Assembly (NCBI GenBank): GCA_977017645.1 | Contig: OZ360222.1 | Location: forward strand, 234,174,001 to 234,238,000 | Length of the DNA: 64,000 bases | Reading direction: 5' to 3' | DNA from: Torpedo marmorata | Taxonomy: Eukaryota | Shown: piece by piece, positions 51,005-62,667 of the stretch | How the letters are laid out: each line of letters starts with the position of its first letter | Numbering within the stretch: position 1 is the stretch's first letter | Position numbers and translations under genes: made by a program | The notes under the pieces: generated by a model | The model's database searches: none | What the model was told of the DNA's origin: nothing | What the model saw: the letters and a program-made list of their open reading frames with translations, nothing else

Positions 51005-51255
51005 TGCCTGTGTGGAGTTTGCATGTTCTCTGTGTGCTATGTGGGTTTCCCTTGGATGCTCTAGTTTGTTCCCACATCCCAAAGACTTGAGGGATGTTGG
51101 GAAAATCAGCCCTGTAAACTGCCCCTAGGGTGATAGTTAGCGGGAGAATGTTGAGGAAGTTGATGGGATTGGGGGAGGATAAAATGGGATTGGTGTAAAT
51201 AGGTGATTCATGGTCAGCATAGACTCAATGGGCCTGTCGGACTCTATGATTCTAT
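51005..51255 (+). mobile_element. Degraded SINE body
   Basis: TGTGTGGAGTTTGCATGTTCTC...GTGGGTTTCC...CCCACATCCCAAAGAC core and a CR1-like tail (ATGGGCCTG...CTCTATGATTCTATG). Confidence 0.65.
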
Positions 51256-52082
51256 GATAATTTGGGGCAGATCTTTTTTTTAAGGTAGCTCTTTCACTCG
51301 GTGCCAAAGGCTGGAAGTACCTGAGTGTGTGAAAGCTTGCGACTGGCGTTGGAAGCTGAAGCAGCCTTCCACTCCAGTTATGTGTGAGTCCAGCGATACC
51401 TGTACTGCACCAGTGACCTCCAGTGTGCTTCATCAGCTTTCCCAGAACTTTATCTGAATGGTTCAATTATAGGAGCCGCACGGAAACCAAATTCGAAGCA
51501 GAGCCAAGTCAATTTCTTCACTTGATTTAGTTCAGGTCAATTAAACGTATTAAATTGTTATGAAGCGTCTTCAAATGTTTTATTCATTTTGAACAATTTT
51601 AATTGTACTCAGTAGTAATATTACTGCCTTCTGATGGGGCACACTGTGTGAATATCTGCGTCATTCACAAACATTCCAACTGAATGACAGCTTTGACAAC
51701 TGGTGTGCCTCTGGGGCTGAGGCTTCACCTAAATGCTGCTGGAGGAAGTGCATTTAAGGAGGAACACTGAAAGAAAGGTCATGCTTTAGGGCAGGAGGTC
51801 AGCAACCTCAAGTCAGTCCGTGTAAAACCCAACCCCTCATGCACCAACCTTGTCAAAAAAAACTTTAAACAATTCTTAGGAGAGCTCATAATATATTCCA
51901 CAAGTTTAATGAGGAACTGCGCTATATCCCGTCAGATTTCTCAAAGGCAGAGAATACTTCAAGCTTTGCTCCCCTGCTGCGGAGCTGTGATAAGAAATGT
52001 GAGAAAGGAAGACCTGCAGCATCCAATCAATGTTACAGTACTCTTTGTGTTCCATCAAAATAACGATTATTTTGTCATCGAG

Positions 52083-52555
52083 TTACTGAGTTACACAGCA
52101 CAGAAACAGGCCTTTCAGCCCATCTTGTTCATGGTGACTAAGGTGCCTTCCTAAGCTGGTTATATTTCTCTCTAAACTTTCCCTATCCATGTACTTGTCC
52201 AAATGACTCTTAAGTGTTGTAATTATGCCAACCACGACCACTTCCACTGGCACCTTGTTTAATATACCTACCGCCCTCTGTATGTAAAACATCCCTCAGG
52301 TCTAGTTTTAGACTCCCCTACCTTGGGGAAAAAAATCTGTGAGCATCTACCTTATTTATGCACTCATTATTTTATTAACCTCCAAAAGGTCACCCCTCAG
52401 CCTCCTTTGTACCAATGAAAGAAGTCCCAGCCTCTCTTTACAACTCAGGCCCTCCATCAAATGTTTCTTCACCTCTCCAGTTCAATCACATCCTTCCTTA
52501 TAGACTGGCAACCAGAACTGCGTACAATATTCCAGGTGCAGTCTCACCCAAGTCC
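52083..52555 (-). mobile_element. Degraded CR1 3' fragment
   Basis: ORF 52083-52292 (FYIQRAVGILNKVP...LDKYMD) and a - strand HLEYC.QFW.P trace near 52505-52545. Confidence 0.7.
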
Positions 52556-53567
52556 TGAGTACTTATTGAGGGGTTGTGGATATTACTGGTATTGCTTGCA
52601 GTTATTGTCCGTCTATAATTGTCCCAGAAGTGAGCTGACAGTTAAGATGTCAGTAGGTCTGAGAGGCCAGACTATGCAAGGGCAGCAAACCTCCTTCCCT
52701 GAGGCACATTAATGAACCAGTTGTCATTTTTGGAACCTGCTGGTCTCTTGGCTACCATTACAGAGATGAGCTTTTTTATTTTAGATTTCTTTCATGTCCT
52801 AAGTATAAATTTCCAGCTTCCCCAGATCAATGGTCTATAACGTTGACTGCTCATACTTTCTTGGGCAGCTTCTTGTGGTCGACGGTTATTTGCTTCCATT
52901 CCATTTCTGAGTGGCTGATGAGACCAATGTTGGATCTGTAAGTTCTGCCACAGGAGGTACTTAAAGGAGTGGATGGGTTTGCTGGTTTGGAAGGTGATGC
53001 TGTCCTTCTGATTTTGTCATTGAGCTTATATGCTCTGGAAAAAATGCACGTGGGGCTCTTGACACCATCCTGAACACACCCTCTCTATTTTGAGACAGTG
53101 TGAATGTTAGACTTTTTAAGGAAGTTTACGGAACATCCTCAAATTGTTTACATCGTCCTCCTGGAAATCTCTTGCCATGACAGAGCTGTTTTGGGATTCT
53201 GGTGTCAAGCTTGTGAGCGCAAGGTCCTGCCCATCAGGGGAGGCCATCACTGGAGCTGCCCCTGCTCTCAATCATCTCTTGAGACCCTTGATTCTCATTG
53301 CTTTGAGTGGCACAGTTTGGCTCCTGCTATTTAGGCTCAGGGGAGTGTGTCGGGATTTAAATGTGACTGCTTCGGGAGGTAGATATTAATGTTGCTTATT
53401 AAACACAATGGTTATACCCATGTTTAATGAATGTTAGGGCACCCATTCAGTTGCTCTTCATCCCCACCTGAATCTCTGGTTTTAACTCAACACTCACCTT
53501 AATAAAAGCATGGTTCCTTACAGTCATATCATTGATGATAAAGAGTACCATCATGAACATTTCAGAA

Positions 53568-53827
53568 TGGGCGGCATGGTTAATGTAGCGGTTAGCGCAA
53601 CGCTATTACTGCACCAGCGATGTGGGTTAGAATCTGGCGCTGTTTGTACAAAGTTTGTACGTTCTACTTGTGTCTGCAGCGATTTCCTCTGGGTGCTCTG
53701 GTTTCCTTCTACTTTCCAAAGACATGCAGGGTTAGGTAAATTGGTCACATGGGTGTATTTGGGCAGTGCAGGCTTGTGGGCTGGAAGGGCCTGTTACCGT
53801 GTTGCATCTCTAAATTAAAAAAAAAAC
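53568..53827 (+). mobile_element. tRNA-derived SINE, older copy of the 6802 family
   Basis: GGCGGCATGGTTAATGTAGCGGTTAGCGCAACGC head and CCTGTTACCGTG...TCTAAATTAAAA tail. Confidence 0.8.
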
Positions 53828-53932
53828 ATTCATAGATTCCAAAACCCCCTCCCCCACCAGTATTATTTGTTACTTTGAAAGCTCTGAAATGCGCTCCACG
53901 TTTGTGACCAAATTCCATAACGATGACACGTG

Positions 53933-54220
53933 TGTGGCATAGTGGTATAGCTGGTAGAGCCGCTGCCTCACATCTCCAGGGACCCAGGTTCAATCCCGAC
54001 CTCGGGTGGTTGATGTGAACTTGGTGGGTTAATGGGATTGTTTACATCCTGTATATTTATATGGCTCTGAGAATCTAGAAAATGTGGGGTGGAGTTGATG
54101 GGAATAGGGGATGTAAAAAATTGAATTATTGTTCAATTAGTGTAAATGAACATATGGTGATTGGCATGGATTCAGTGGGTTGAAGGACCTGTTTCTGTGC
54201 CGAATAACTCAGTGACTCTA
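53933..54220 (+). mobile_element. tRNA-derived SINE of a second family, internally deleted
   Basis: Head TGGTATAGCTGGTAGAGC...GGTTCAATCCC (A and B boxes) and CR1-like tail GGGTTGAAGGACCTGTTTCTGTGC. Confidence 0.65.
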
Positions 54221-54408
54221 CAATTTGAGCTGCGCAAATCCATTCTGGAATATACACAGCGATAGTTCCTGGATGAAATGAAGCGGAAACTTAAATTTAA
54301 AATTGGGTTGCTGAAGTGTATTTATTGCCCAGGATGCATTAAAAGGGATACGGATATGAAGACAGATGGACTAAGAATCAAGGGCTGTTAATTTATTGTT
54401 GCCCCCAG

Positions 54409-54519
54409 GTCGTCTTCGCGTTCTCTGAGCTATTCACCGAGGTCTAGGAGGAGAAGCCCAGGAAGCAGGAGCTCCCGATCACGACGCAGCCCAAGCTATT
54501 CGAGATACAGCCCAGAGAG
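54409..54519 (+). CDS. SRRM4: SRRM4-like coding exon, 111 nt, phase 2/2: (R)SSSRSLSYSPRSRRRSPGSRSSRSRRSPSYSRYSPE(R); absent from the ORF track
   Basis: Acceptor ttgttgcccccag, donor AG|gtaata. SRSSRSRRSPSYSRYSP matches the recalled human SRRM4 sequence. Confidence 0.93.
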
Positions 54520-56701
54520 GTAATAAATTCAGGGTCTGATCTCACTGTGCGCACTTTACACAACAAGGGAGTTCAGGGTGTATAGAGGACAGCAGGGCCA
54601 GCTTTATGCACATTGTCAGTGTTGAGAAAATTATTCAGCTGCTTATGGCTGCACCGTACACGTCCCCAAATTCCTGATGTACCTCATTTCATGTTATGTT
54701 CTCTCCAAACTCAGAATACAGCCAGGTAGATGTCCATCTTCCCAAACTGCAACTAGTTTCTGCAGAAAAGTAAGAGGCTGGCAGGAAAAACACAGAGATC
54801 TTTTCTGATTTTGTATATTATGTGGTAGACAGAAATTTGAGACAGAAGTCCAATTTTAGTTTGCATGAAATAATTGTAAATAATTATTATGCCTAAATTA
54901 CAAAATGAGGATAACTTATTTTGCAGAGGATAAATACCAGAGTTGATTGGAACTATCAAATTTTGCTTTATGAGTCTATATATAATTCCCATCCCTAGTA
55001 AGAAATAAATATTAATATTTAAATGGATAAAATTGTACTAATCTCATCCCACTGGTAGTAAAGTCAACAGTATTTCCAGCATTGTTGATTCCAATTAACC
55101 CATCAGTGACACCTTGCACTCTATAGAACATCCTTGTTTTTGTTATCATAACTCTTTTAGCTTTCAATAATTTCATAGGGGATTGAGGGACACAAGATTG
55201 AACCTGCTAGTCCAATCAAGTCTGGAAATCTTCAGGCTCATTGTAGACTTCTATTATTCACATCCAGATTGCAGTTCTATTTGAGGCTGTAAGGTGCCAT
55301 CGTTAATATTGGGCATGGAACAATATTATGTGTCCATCATCTTGAAACAAGCATGCCAAGAAATTAAACTGTGTGCTCTCTCATTTTGAATGCTGCACAA
55401 TCCACAATGTCGCCCTCGCCTCCAGAGACAAATTAAGTGTGTATATTCCTGTGCAGTCATTTCAATTCTCCATTTCATGAGACAAGTTCTCTCCTTTGGC
55501 AGTCAGTTATAAACCATTGCATCTGTGGAATGGACTTGGGGAAAACTGGATAGGGAGAGTTGCTACTGCAACACACCCTGACCACTGTGCTTCATACAGA
55601 TGATGCCAACAAAATAAAATGAAAAATGTGCCAATCATTAGCATGGGAACATAGCCACAGCTGGACAATAGAAGTGCCTGCTCCATCCAGTTTGCCTTCT
55701 ACCCTCAACGTTGGTTGAGGACAGAATGGGGTTGTTCATTAAACATTGTGTTTCATCGTTATCAATGAACATACAGCAGAAATAAAGTGAGGAGAACCCT
55801 GTTGGTGGAGAGTAATAGTGTTCCTATCATGTGTCCACCCTATTTATCACATGTCATGCCTCAGGTACCACATCTTATTTTCCAAAAGGCGTCTATCTAA
55901 CTTACTATCTAACCCACCGGACTTTTAGTTTCAAGAGAACACATGAATTTCTTCTGCTAACTTCAGACATATATAATGGTTCAGTTGTACATTCTTATAC
56001 AGCAACATCAGTAGATTTTTGATGCTGAAATCTCCCTTTCCTTTTCATCTTCCTCAATATTCTTTTTTTCCCTTTTTAATATTTTATTCTTTGTCTTTTC
56101 AAATCCCATTTCACTTTATATTTATATAATCTTCAACAACTTTTCTCCTCAGTCTTTGCATCCTTCTTGTTTGTATGTAGTTGCCGTTCAAGTGTGCCAC
56201 CACATACAGTAGTTCTACTGAAGAGTCAGTCTTATCTAACCCTCCTTTCTCATTCAGTCACTGAGCAAACTGTGAAGCATTTTCGATGTTAAAGAAATGT
56301 TTTAACCAGCTTTAATATGAGGACCCTCTTGCATAACACCAACCATTTTCCCCCAACGGACCCCATCTATGGATAACAGAAGGTCGTATAAAATAAGGAA
56401 GTTCAGTTTTCAGAATACATGTCTGGCTCATCAACATTTCACTCACCTGAATAAATGCAAAACAGTCCAAGTCCAAACGAAACATCATGTAGTTTACTTC
56501 ATTGATGAAAAGAAAATATGCTTAGTAAGAAGAACAATATTTTGTCCTTTGAAAACACCAGCAGAAAATTTAGGGTGGCGGGGTGATTAAATGTGGATGA
56601 TACAGATTCTTGTGCATGTACCATTAAATAATAAAAGGGTCCAGTTGTTCTTCAACTCACTTTTGTTTTCAACGTGATGGTTGTCATTTGTAATTGGATA
56701 G

Positions 56702-56842
56702 GGACCACGACCGAGGTCGGGATGGTAAGAAGTACAGCTCCCGGGAGAGGGAATCCAGGAGACGTCGATCTCGCTCCTACTCTCCAATGAGGAAGCGCAG
56801 ACGAGATTCACCAAGTCATCTGGAACCTCGACGCATCACCAG
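56702..56842 (+). CDS. SRRM4: SRRM4-like penultimate exon, 141 nt, first half of the eMIC domain
   Basis: RSYSPMRKRRRDSPSHLEPRRIT(S). Acceptor ttggatag, donor AG|gtcagt. Confidence 0.93.
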
Positions 56843-57189
56843 GTCAGTGAAAGTTCAACCTGTAGTTAAATCGCATGATTTTAATGATTCAGAGTAGAAG
56901 CAAGAGGTGATGCTTTGCCTATCACCAAGCAGTTGTAGAGGGTTTCTCTTGACCTTTTCTAATGCTCACTCCAGTAACCTTTGCCTGCTCCCCAAGTAAC
57001 TCCATGTCCTCGCCTTGTTCATCCTTCATGGCAACTTGTTCCACCTGCTGATTGCCTTCTATGTGAAGAAAACTTTCACTCCTAACCTTGCCATTGTCAA
57101 CGTTTACTCTGTATCCTCTTCTCCTCCCAGTTAATATATAGCCACCATGAAGATGGCATTTATTATGTTAATTATGCTGCACACTTAAG

Positions 57190-57961
57190 AGCAGAGTATT
57201 ATTTAAATGGTGAAAAACTGCAGCATGCTGTTATGCAGAAGGACTTGGGAGGGCTTGTGCATGAATCGCAAAAAGTTGGGTTGCAGGTACAGCAGGTTAT
57301 TAAGAAGGCAAATGGAATGTTGGCCTTCATCGCTAGAGGAATTGAATTCAGGAGAAAGGAGGTAATGTTGCAACTGTACAAGGTATTGGTGAGACCGCAC
57401 CTGGAGTACTGTGTGCAGTTCTGGTCTCCATATTTGAGGAAGGATATACTGGCCTTGGAGGCAGTAGAGGAGGTTTACTAGGTTGATCCCTGAGATGAAG
57501 GGGTTGACTTATGATGAAAGATTAAATCGTCTGGGATTATACTCGCTCGAGTTCAGAAGAATGAGAGGAGATCTTATAGAAACATATAGAATTATGAAGG
57601 GGGTGGATAGGATAGATGTAGGAAGGTTTTTTTCACTGGCGGGTGAGAGCAAAACTAGGGGACACAGACTCAAGATTCGGGGGAGTAGATTTAGGACAGA
57701 GATGAGGAAAAACAGTTTTTCCCAAAGAGTGGTGAATTTGTGGAATTCTCTACCCAGGGAAGCGGGTGAGGCCGCTTCATTGAACATATTTAAGGTTCAG
57801 TTGGATAGATTTTTACATAAAAAAGGAATTAGGGGATATGGGGAAAGGGCAGGTAGGTGGAGTTAGGTCATTGATCAGATCAGCCATGATCTTATTGAAT
57901 GTCGGAGCAGGCTCGATGGCCCAGTTGGCCTACTCCTGTTCCTAATTTCTTATGTTCTTAT
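57190..57961 (+). mobile_element. CR1-type LINE 3' fragment in the last intron
   Basis: KKANGMLAFIARG...RPHLEYCVQFWSP and FSQRVVNLWNSLP, with a TTCTTATGTTCTTATG tail. Confidence 0.92.
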
Positions 57962-58722
57962 GGTGGGATATAGGTTTTGCATTAATTGTTGGTTGGATTG
58001 CATTTGCATGATATTGGACCATCAGACTGACATGGGTTTCATTTCTATTCAAGTCAAAATTACCACCGCAATCTAGTATGCCAGTTTTCTAACCCCCACC
58101 TAACTGCCTATGTTGCTCTCATAAATCATTGCTAATTACATTATCAATTATAGTTATCGTGTGGTGTAACTTCTTGGCTGATTTCACACATTAAGACGAT
58201 TTCATCAAATTCAGCAAATTTAAAAGGCACACAGATAGCTGGTTTGGGCATTCGGGAATTAAGGCATATCCTGGCATAGAAGATTATATAAATATAACTC
58301 CGCTGGATAAATCCATGAAGAGGTAACCATTTGAGAGGAAGGATTGATTGACAGACAGATAGACAAGGAAACAAGAGTGACATTTAAAAATATGTCAAGA
58401 ATGAGGTTGCAAAATGGTATTTTACCTAATTTAAAAATTACTGCTGATTCTCCAGGGGCTGGTAGGCAAAAGGGGTAGAATCACATTTGGCATCAACAGC
58501 AGGGTATGTCAGATTCTCAATTTGGTTGAAGTCAATGGAGCTGATTATCAACTGGAATATTTCACAGTAGAAGAATGTATTACCACCTGAATTGTTCTTC
58601 CACCATCTCCAGTTTAACCTCCTGTGTAGGTTAAAAGGGACACCTATCTTTGCTGGCTATCAACATATTGATTTTATCAGCATACTTTAAAATGCACCCT
58701 CCTATTTGTGTTTGTTTATCAG

Positions 58723-59020
58723 TGCTCGAAAACGGCCCATCCCATACTACAGGCCTAGCCCTTCATCTTCCAGCAGCGTAAGCAGCTACTCCTCCTGGTA
58801 CAGCAGCAGGAGCCGGAGCAGGAGCAGGAGCCGGAGTCGGACTCACAGCTGGAGCAGGAGCCGGAGCCGGAGTCGGAGCAGGAGTTATTCCAGCAGGAGC
58901 CGCAGTCGCAGCCACAGCAGGAGCCGCAGCCGGACTCGGAGTTCGGCCAGAGGGAGTAGCGGTCACAGCAGGAGCAAGAGTTACGATTCTGCGGGCAGCT
59001 ACGAGAGCTTGAGGCGTTGA
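58723..59020 (+). CDS. SRRM4: SRRM4-like terminal coding exon (second half of eMIC, RS tail, stop TGA)
   Basis: Acceptor tttgtttatcag. (S)ARKRPIPYYRPSPSSSSSVSSYSSWYSS...SYDSAGSYESLRR*. The C-terminus resembles human SRRM4 SYSSADSYSSTRR rather than SRRM3. Confidence 0.95.
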
Positions 59021-61890
59021 GCTGCAGCTCCCTCACCACTGCACCCCCTCTCCCCACACAAACAAACGTATACACACACACCAACACACCCCCTCCTATG
59101 TTTTCCTGCCCGCTACTTGCAGATTGACCTCTATGTTATTTTGGTCTCACAATGTTTAATTGATACATGGAATCTGGGGCAGTGTTAATATGTTGCAGAG
59201 CCCACTAAACAGACAAACATACTCAAAATTTCTCCAAGCTCATATCTTGCTTTAAAGATGAACTGAAATCCTCAAGCACTTTCACATTTGTTAACGCACC
59301 CCAACTTTGGACTAGAAACCGCAGACCCATTTTGCAACCAATGTGTGCTTTCTCAATCATACTCTAATCTAATTGTTTCAAAGGGATATTCTGGGGCTGT
59401 GCAGAGTCCAGGCACCACACCGCACAGACTCCATTCTATGAATAGTAACAGCTCCAACTGGACGCTGCGGCAACTCAGCAGGTGCACTGCGGCTATTTTC
59501 AGAGGGTATTTAGACTTGAGCTCACAGATATGATGAATCAAATTATGTGCAAGCGCAGCTGACATTCACCCTCCCCCACAGTAGTGTCATGTGCATTCAT
59601 TTGTACCGGATTCAATCTACATGCTGGACCAAAGACAACAAGGAGCTCAGCGAAAGGAGTGCAGTGTACGTTCGGGCATGTGTCAGACTGTTTATACCAG
59701 GATCCTGTTGACTTTCCCTACCCCAACAGAAAATCACCTTCATTGTTAATTAAGAGATAGGCTTTTAAATGTAAATCAGAGAATCTGGTGCAAGTCTCTT
59801 GGAACACAAGCCCTGTGGAGCACCAGCCTGGTCTGCTGCGTTTGTTTAATAATGTTTAATAGCCACTGACAGATGCTGATAAGCCAACCAGACCACTTGT
59901 TTAAATACAATCAATCATAAGAAGCCAGGCATCCAGTCCTCATGCAGAACACTGAAATGGCTCATTACCAAGCACATGGTGTTCCTCATATATCCCTTGT
60001 TAGCAGGAGATAAAATATAAATATTGACTTTCTCTTGAATGTTTCACCATGGAGATGAAAAAAATCCTCACTAGAAATTTCCTATGCAACCTTTAAATTG
60101 TCCGGTTGATGTTTTGTTAATTATTGGGCAATCTACATTGACAAGCCAAAACCATTGCCGACGGTGCAGGGTGCTGGCAAGATTTCAAACAGGATGGCAC
60201 AGTGAATCAAAACGGAATATCAAGGCTGGAGCAAAAAAAATGGAACTGCTGGAGAATTTCAGCAGGTCGGGCAGCATCTGTGAAAGCAAAGGTATGGTCA
60301 ACATTTCAGGTCAAGGACCTGCATCAGGACTTAATGCAAAGTATCGACCCAAAACGTAGACCATCCCTTTGCTTGACCCACTAAGTTCCTCGAACAGTTT
60401 ATTGTTTGCTCCAGATTGCAGCATCTTCAGTCTCTTGTGTCTCCAATATTACTGTTGGCCTTTGAAAGCCTGTAGAAGGCAGGACAGGGGTTCCTTGGTG
60501 TTGGGGTCAGGATGATTAGGCAAGAGTATAAGATTGGCATTGATTTCATCAGCTGAAAGGAACCTAGTCAATATGCAGTGAAAATTAAGTTAGTCTGATC
60601 TGAAATCTACAGCTTTTATGAAGAAAGCGATATTTTTTTCATCTTTATCATGTACAGAAGTATTCTAAAAACAAAATGGCACGAACTTCAACTCCGAACC
60701 AGGCTGGGTTTAACACAGGAGCTACTCCAAAATCTAAGGGTAAAACCTTGCTTCGGGGTGTCCTGAGAAAACTAGATGTTTCCTGACCCTACGTTGGCAA
60801 TGTTGCACAGAGAACAGAAGCTGCAGCCAGCTGCTACAGTAGTACACAGAGAATATATGTTGCCCAGCTTGCAGAGTAAGGTTTTTTTTCTAAGGATTCT
60901 GGATCTGGATTTTTCTTTCAGCAGAGTGAAGGGATACAAGTCTCTACCAGAACTTGAAGTACTAGACGCTCATTCTAGGTGCCTGAATTGTTTAGGTTAT
61001 TAGCACAAACATTCCTCACCCAAAAGAACAAGAGTGGCAGCATGCCAATGAGTGAAAATAAGATAATCCATCAGATCATTATATAAGAGTACCCCAGATG
61101 ACGTAGTAAGTTATTGATAGAATTTTAAAATTGCTCCTTAATTTGCACTCCTATATTTATTTCAAATATTTCACGTTTAAGTAAAAAATATACCAAATTC
61201 TTGTGCTAGCTCTTGATCAATTGTATTTTCTCTATGCACTGTAAATATATTGATAAAGGCCAACACTGTACCCATTTATTTAATATTTATTTTCCCTATT
61301 TATTGAACTTATTTATATGGTGGAGGCTGAGGCGCCTGTACTTATGGAACGGTGCATAGTGTGGAAACATTCCCATTGCTTTACTTTTGTAAACCATCAC
61401 ATTTGAGATTTTGTGAAATTGTGTGAAGAAGGGCCTGTAATCAGAAGATTTTTTTCTTCAAGAAAGATCTGAATTATATGAACCTCCCAATGATAAATTA
61501 TAGCAGCCAAAAAAAATCGCATTGGTTAATGTTCAGTATTATCAATTGTAGCTAGATTTATCAGTCACGTATAACAACAACAGATGTGTTTGTATTCGTT
61601 AGAATGCTTTCAACCCAAATAGTTTTTGAATGTCTTAGAACAAATGAAATAGGAAGAGCAAGGTTGAACAGGGAGCATACCTCTTCAATGATGTCAGTTG
61701 GTATCTAATTCTTCTGTCTCCTCTTGCACTGGAGTTGGAGGTTTCTCTTAATATTCCTGTACCAGCTCTTTTAATCCTTCTGTGAAAATAAGATATATTA
61801 TTCATGACATTAGTCTTCCTAATGCATTAAATTTGTGAGCTTGTAAAACAAAAACATTTAAAAAAATAAACCTCCTGAATTGAATATGAA
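59021..61890 (+). other. Probable 3' UTR ending near AATAAA at 61865-61870
   Basis: TE-poor sequence with AU-rich elements at 61150-61320, TGTAAATA at 61240-61247, and AATAAA followed by a GT-rich tract (TTGTTGGTGTCTTGTGT at about 61893-61909). Confidence 0.55.
60220..60445. repeat. Palindromic Penelope-derived miniature element within the putative 3' UTR
   Basis: TGGAGCAAA...ACTGCTGGAGAATTTCAGCAGGTC mirrors GACCCACTAAGTTCCTCGAACAGT...TTTGCTCCA. Confidence 0.55.
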
Positions 61891-62511
61891 GCTTGTTGGT
61901 GTCTTGTGTCATGCATATCCCAAACCCACCATAAATCCCCCATTTGCCAGAACTTGATATAACTAATTTATCCTCGGAGGTAAATGTCTACCAGAAACAC
62001 TACTCAGTAGTAGTGTCAGTGGTAGCAGTTGCAGCTGTGTCAGGAATTGTTGGTTCTTGTCTCACTCCTGAGACTTCGGTATAGGCTGACACTGTTGCAG
62101 AACTGAAGGTTTCATCTTTCAGGTGAGGTGTTAACCCAAAGCACTGTCACTGATAACCCATCCCAACACAGACATCCACTTTAAACATATGCAGTTATTA
62201 TATTGATGTCAACTTTTAAGGTCACAAAGAGTTGTTTAACTCAATGTACAAAAATTATATCAGGCCAAACATTAGTCATTATCTTTATTGACAGATCCTT
62301 TAATAGAAATCAAAGACATCAGCACTAACACATGGATAGCACTGCAACATGTATGGGGTAACAAATGTTCCAAGTTAAAATAGCACAGAGCAAAATTTTA
62401 CCTCAGTACGTTAAATATTCTGATGGGAACAGTTCTAATTGAAATTTGCACCCTAACTTTGGTCTGAATTTCCTAGTTGATCTAGTCCAGACTCTAATCT
62501 GTAGAATGAGG

Positions 62512-62667
62512 NNNNNNNNNNNNNNNNNNNNNNNNNNNNNNNNNNNNNNNNNNNNNNNNNNNNNNNNNNNNNNNNNNNNNNNNNNNNNNNNNNNNNNNNN
62601 NNNNNNNNNNNNNNNNNNNNNNNNNNNNNNNNNNNNNNNNNNNNNNNNNNNNNNNNNNNNNNNNNNN
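62512..62667. other. Assembly gap (156 N)
   Basis: Run of N. Confidence 1.

Noticed and set aside
49914-51128. 404-aa Pro/His/Thr-rich ORF and overlapping Gly/Trp/Val ORFs (extensin-like)
   Set aside because: By-product of a stop-free C/A low-complexity tract that is open in several frames on both strands, inside an intron.
58755-59087. Antisense Cys/Ser- and Pro/Ala-rich ORFs
   Set aside because: Shadow frames of the RS-dipeptide codon repeats in the terminal exon.
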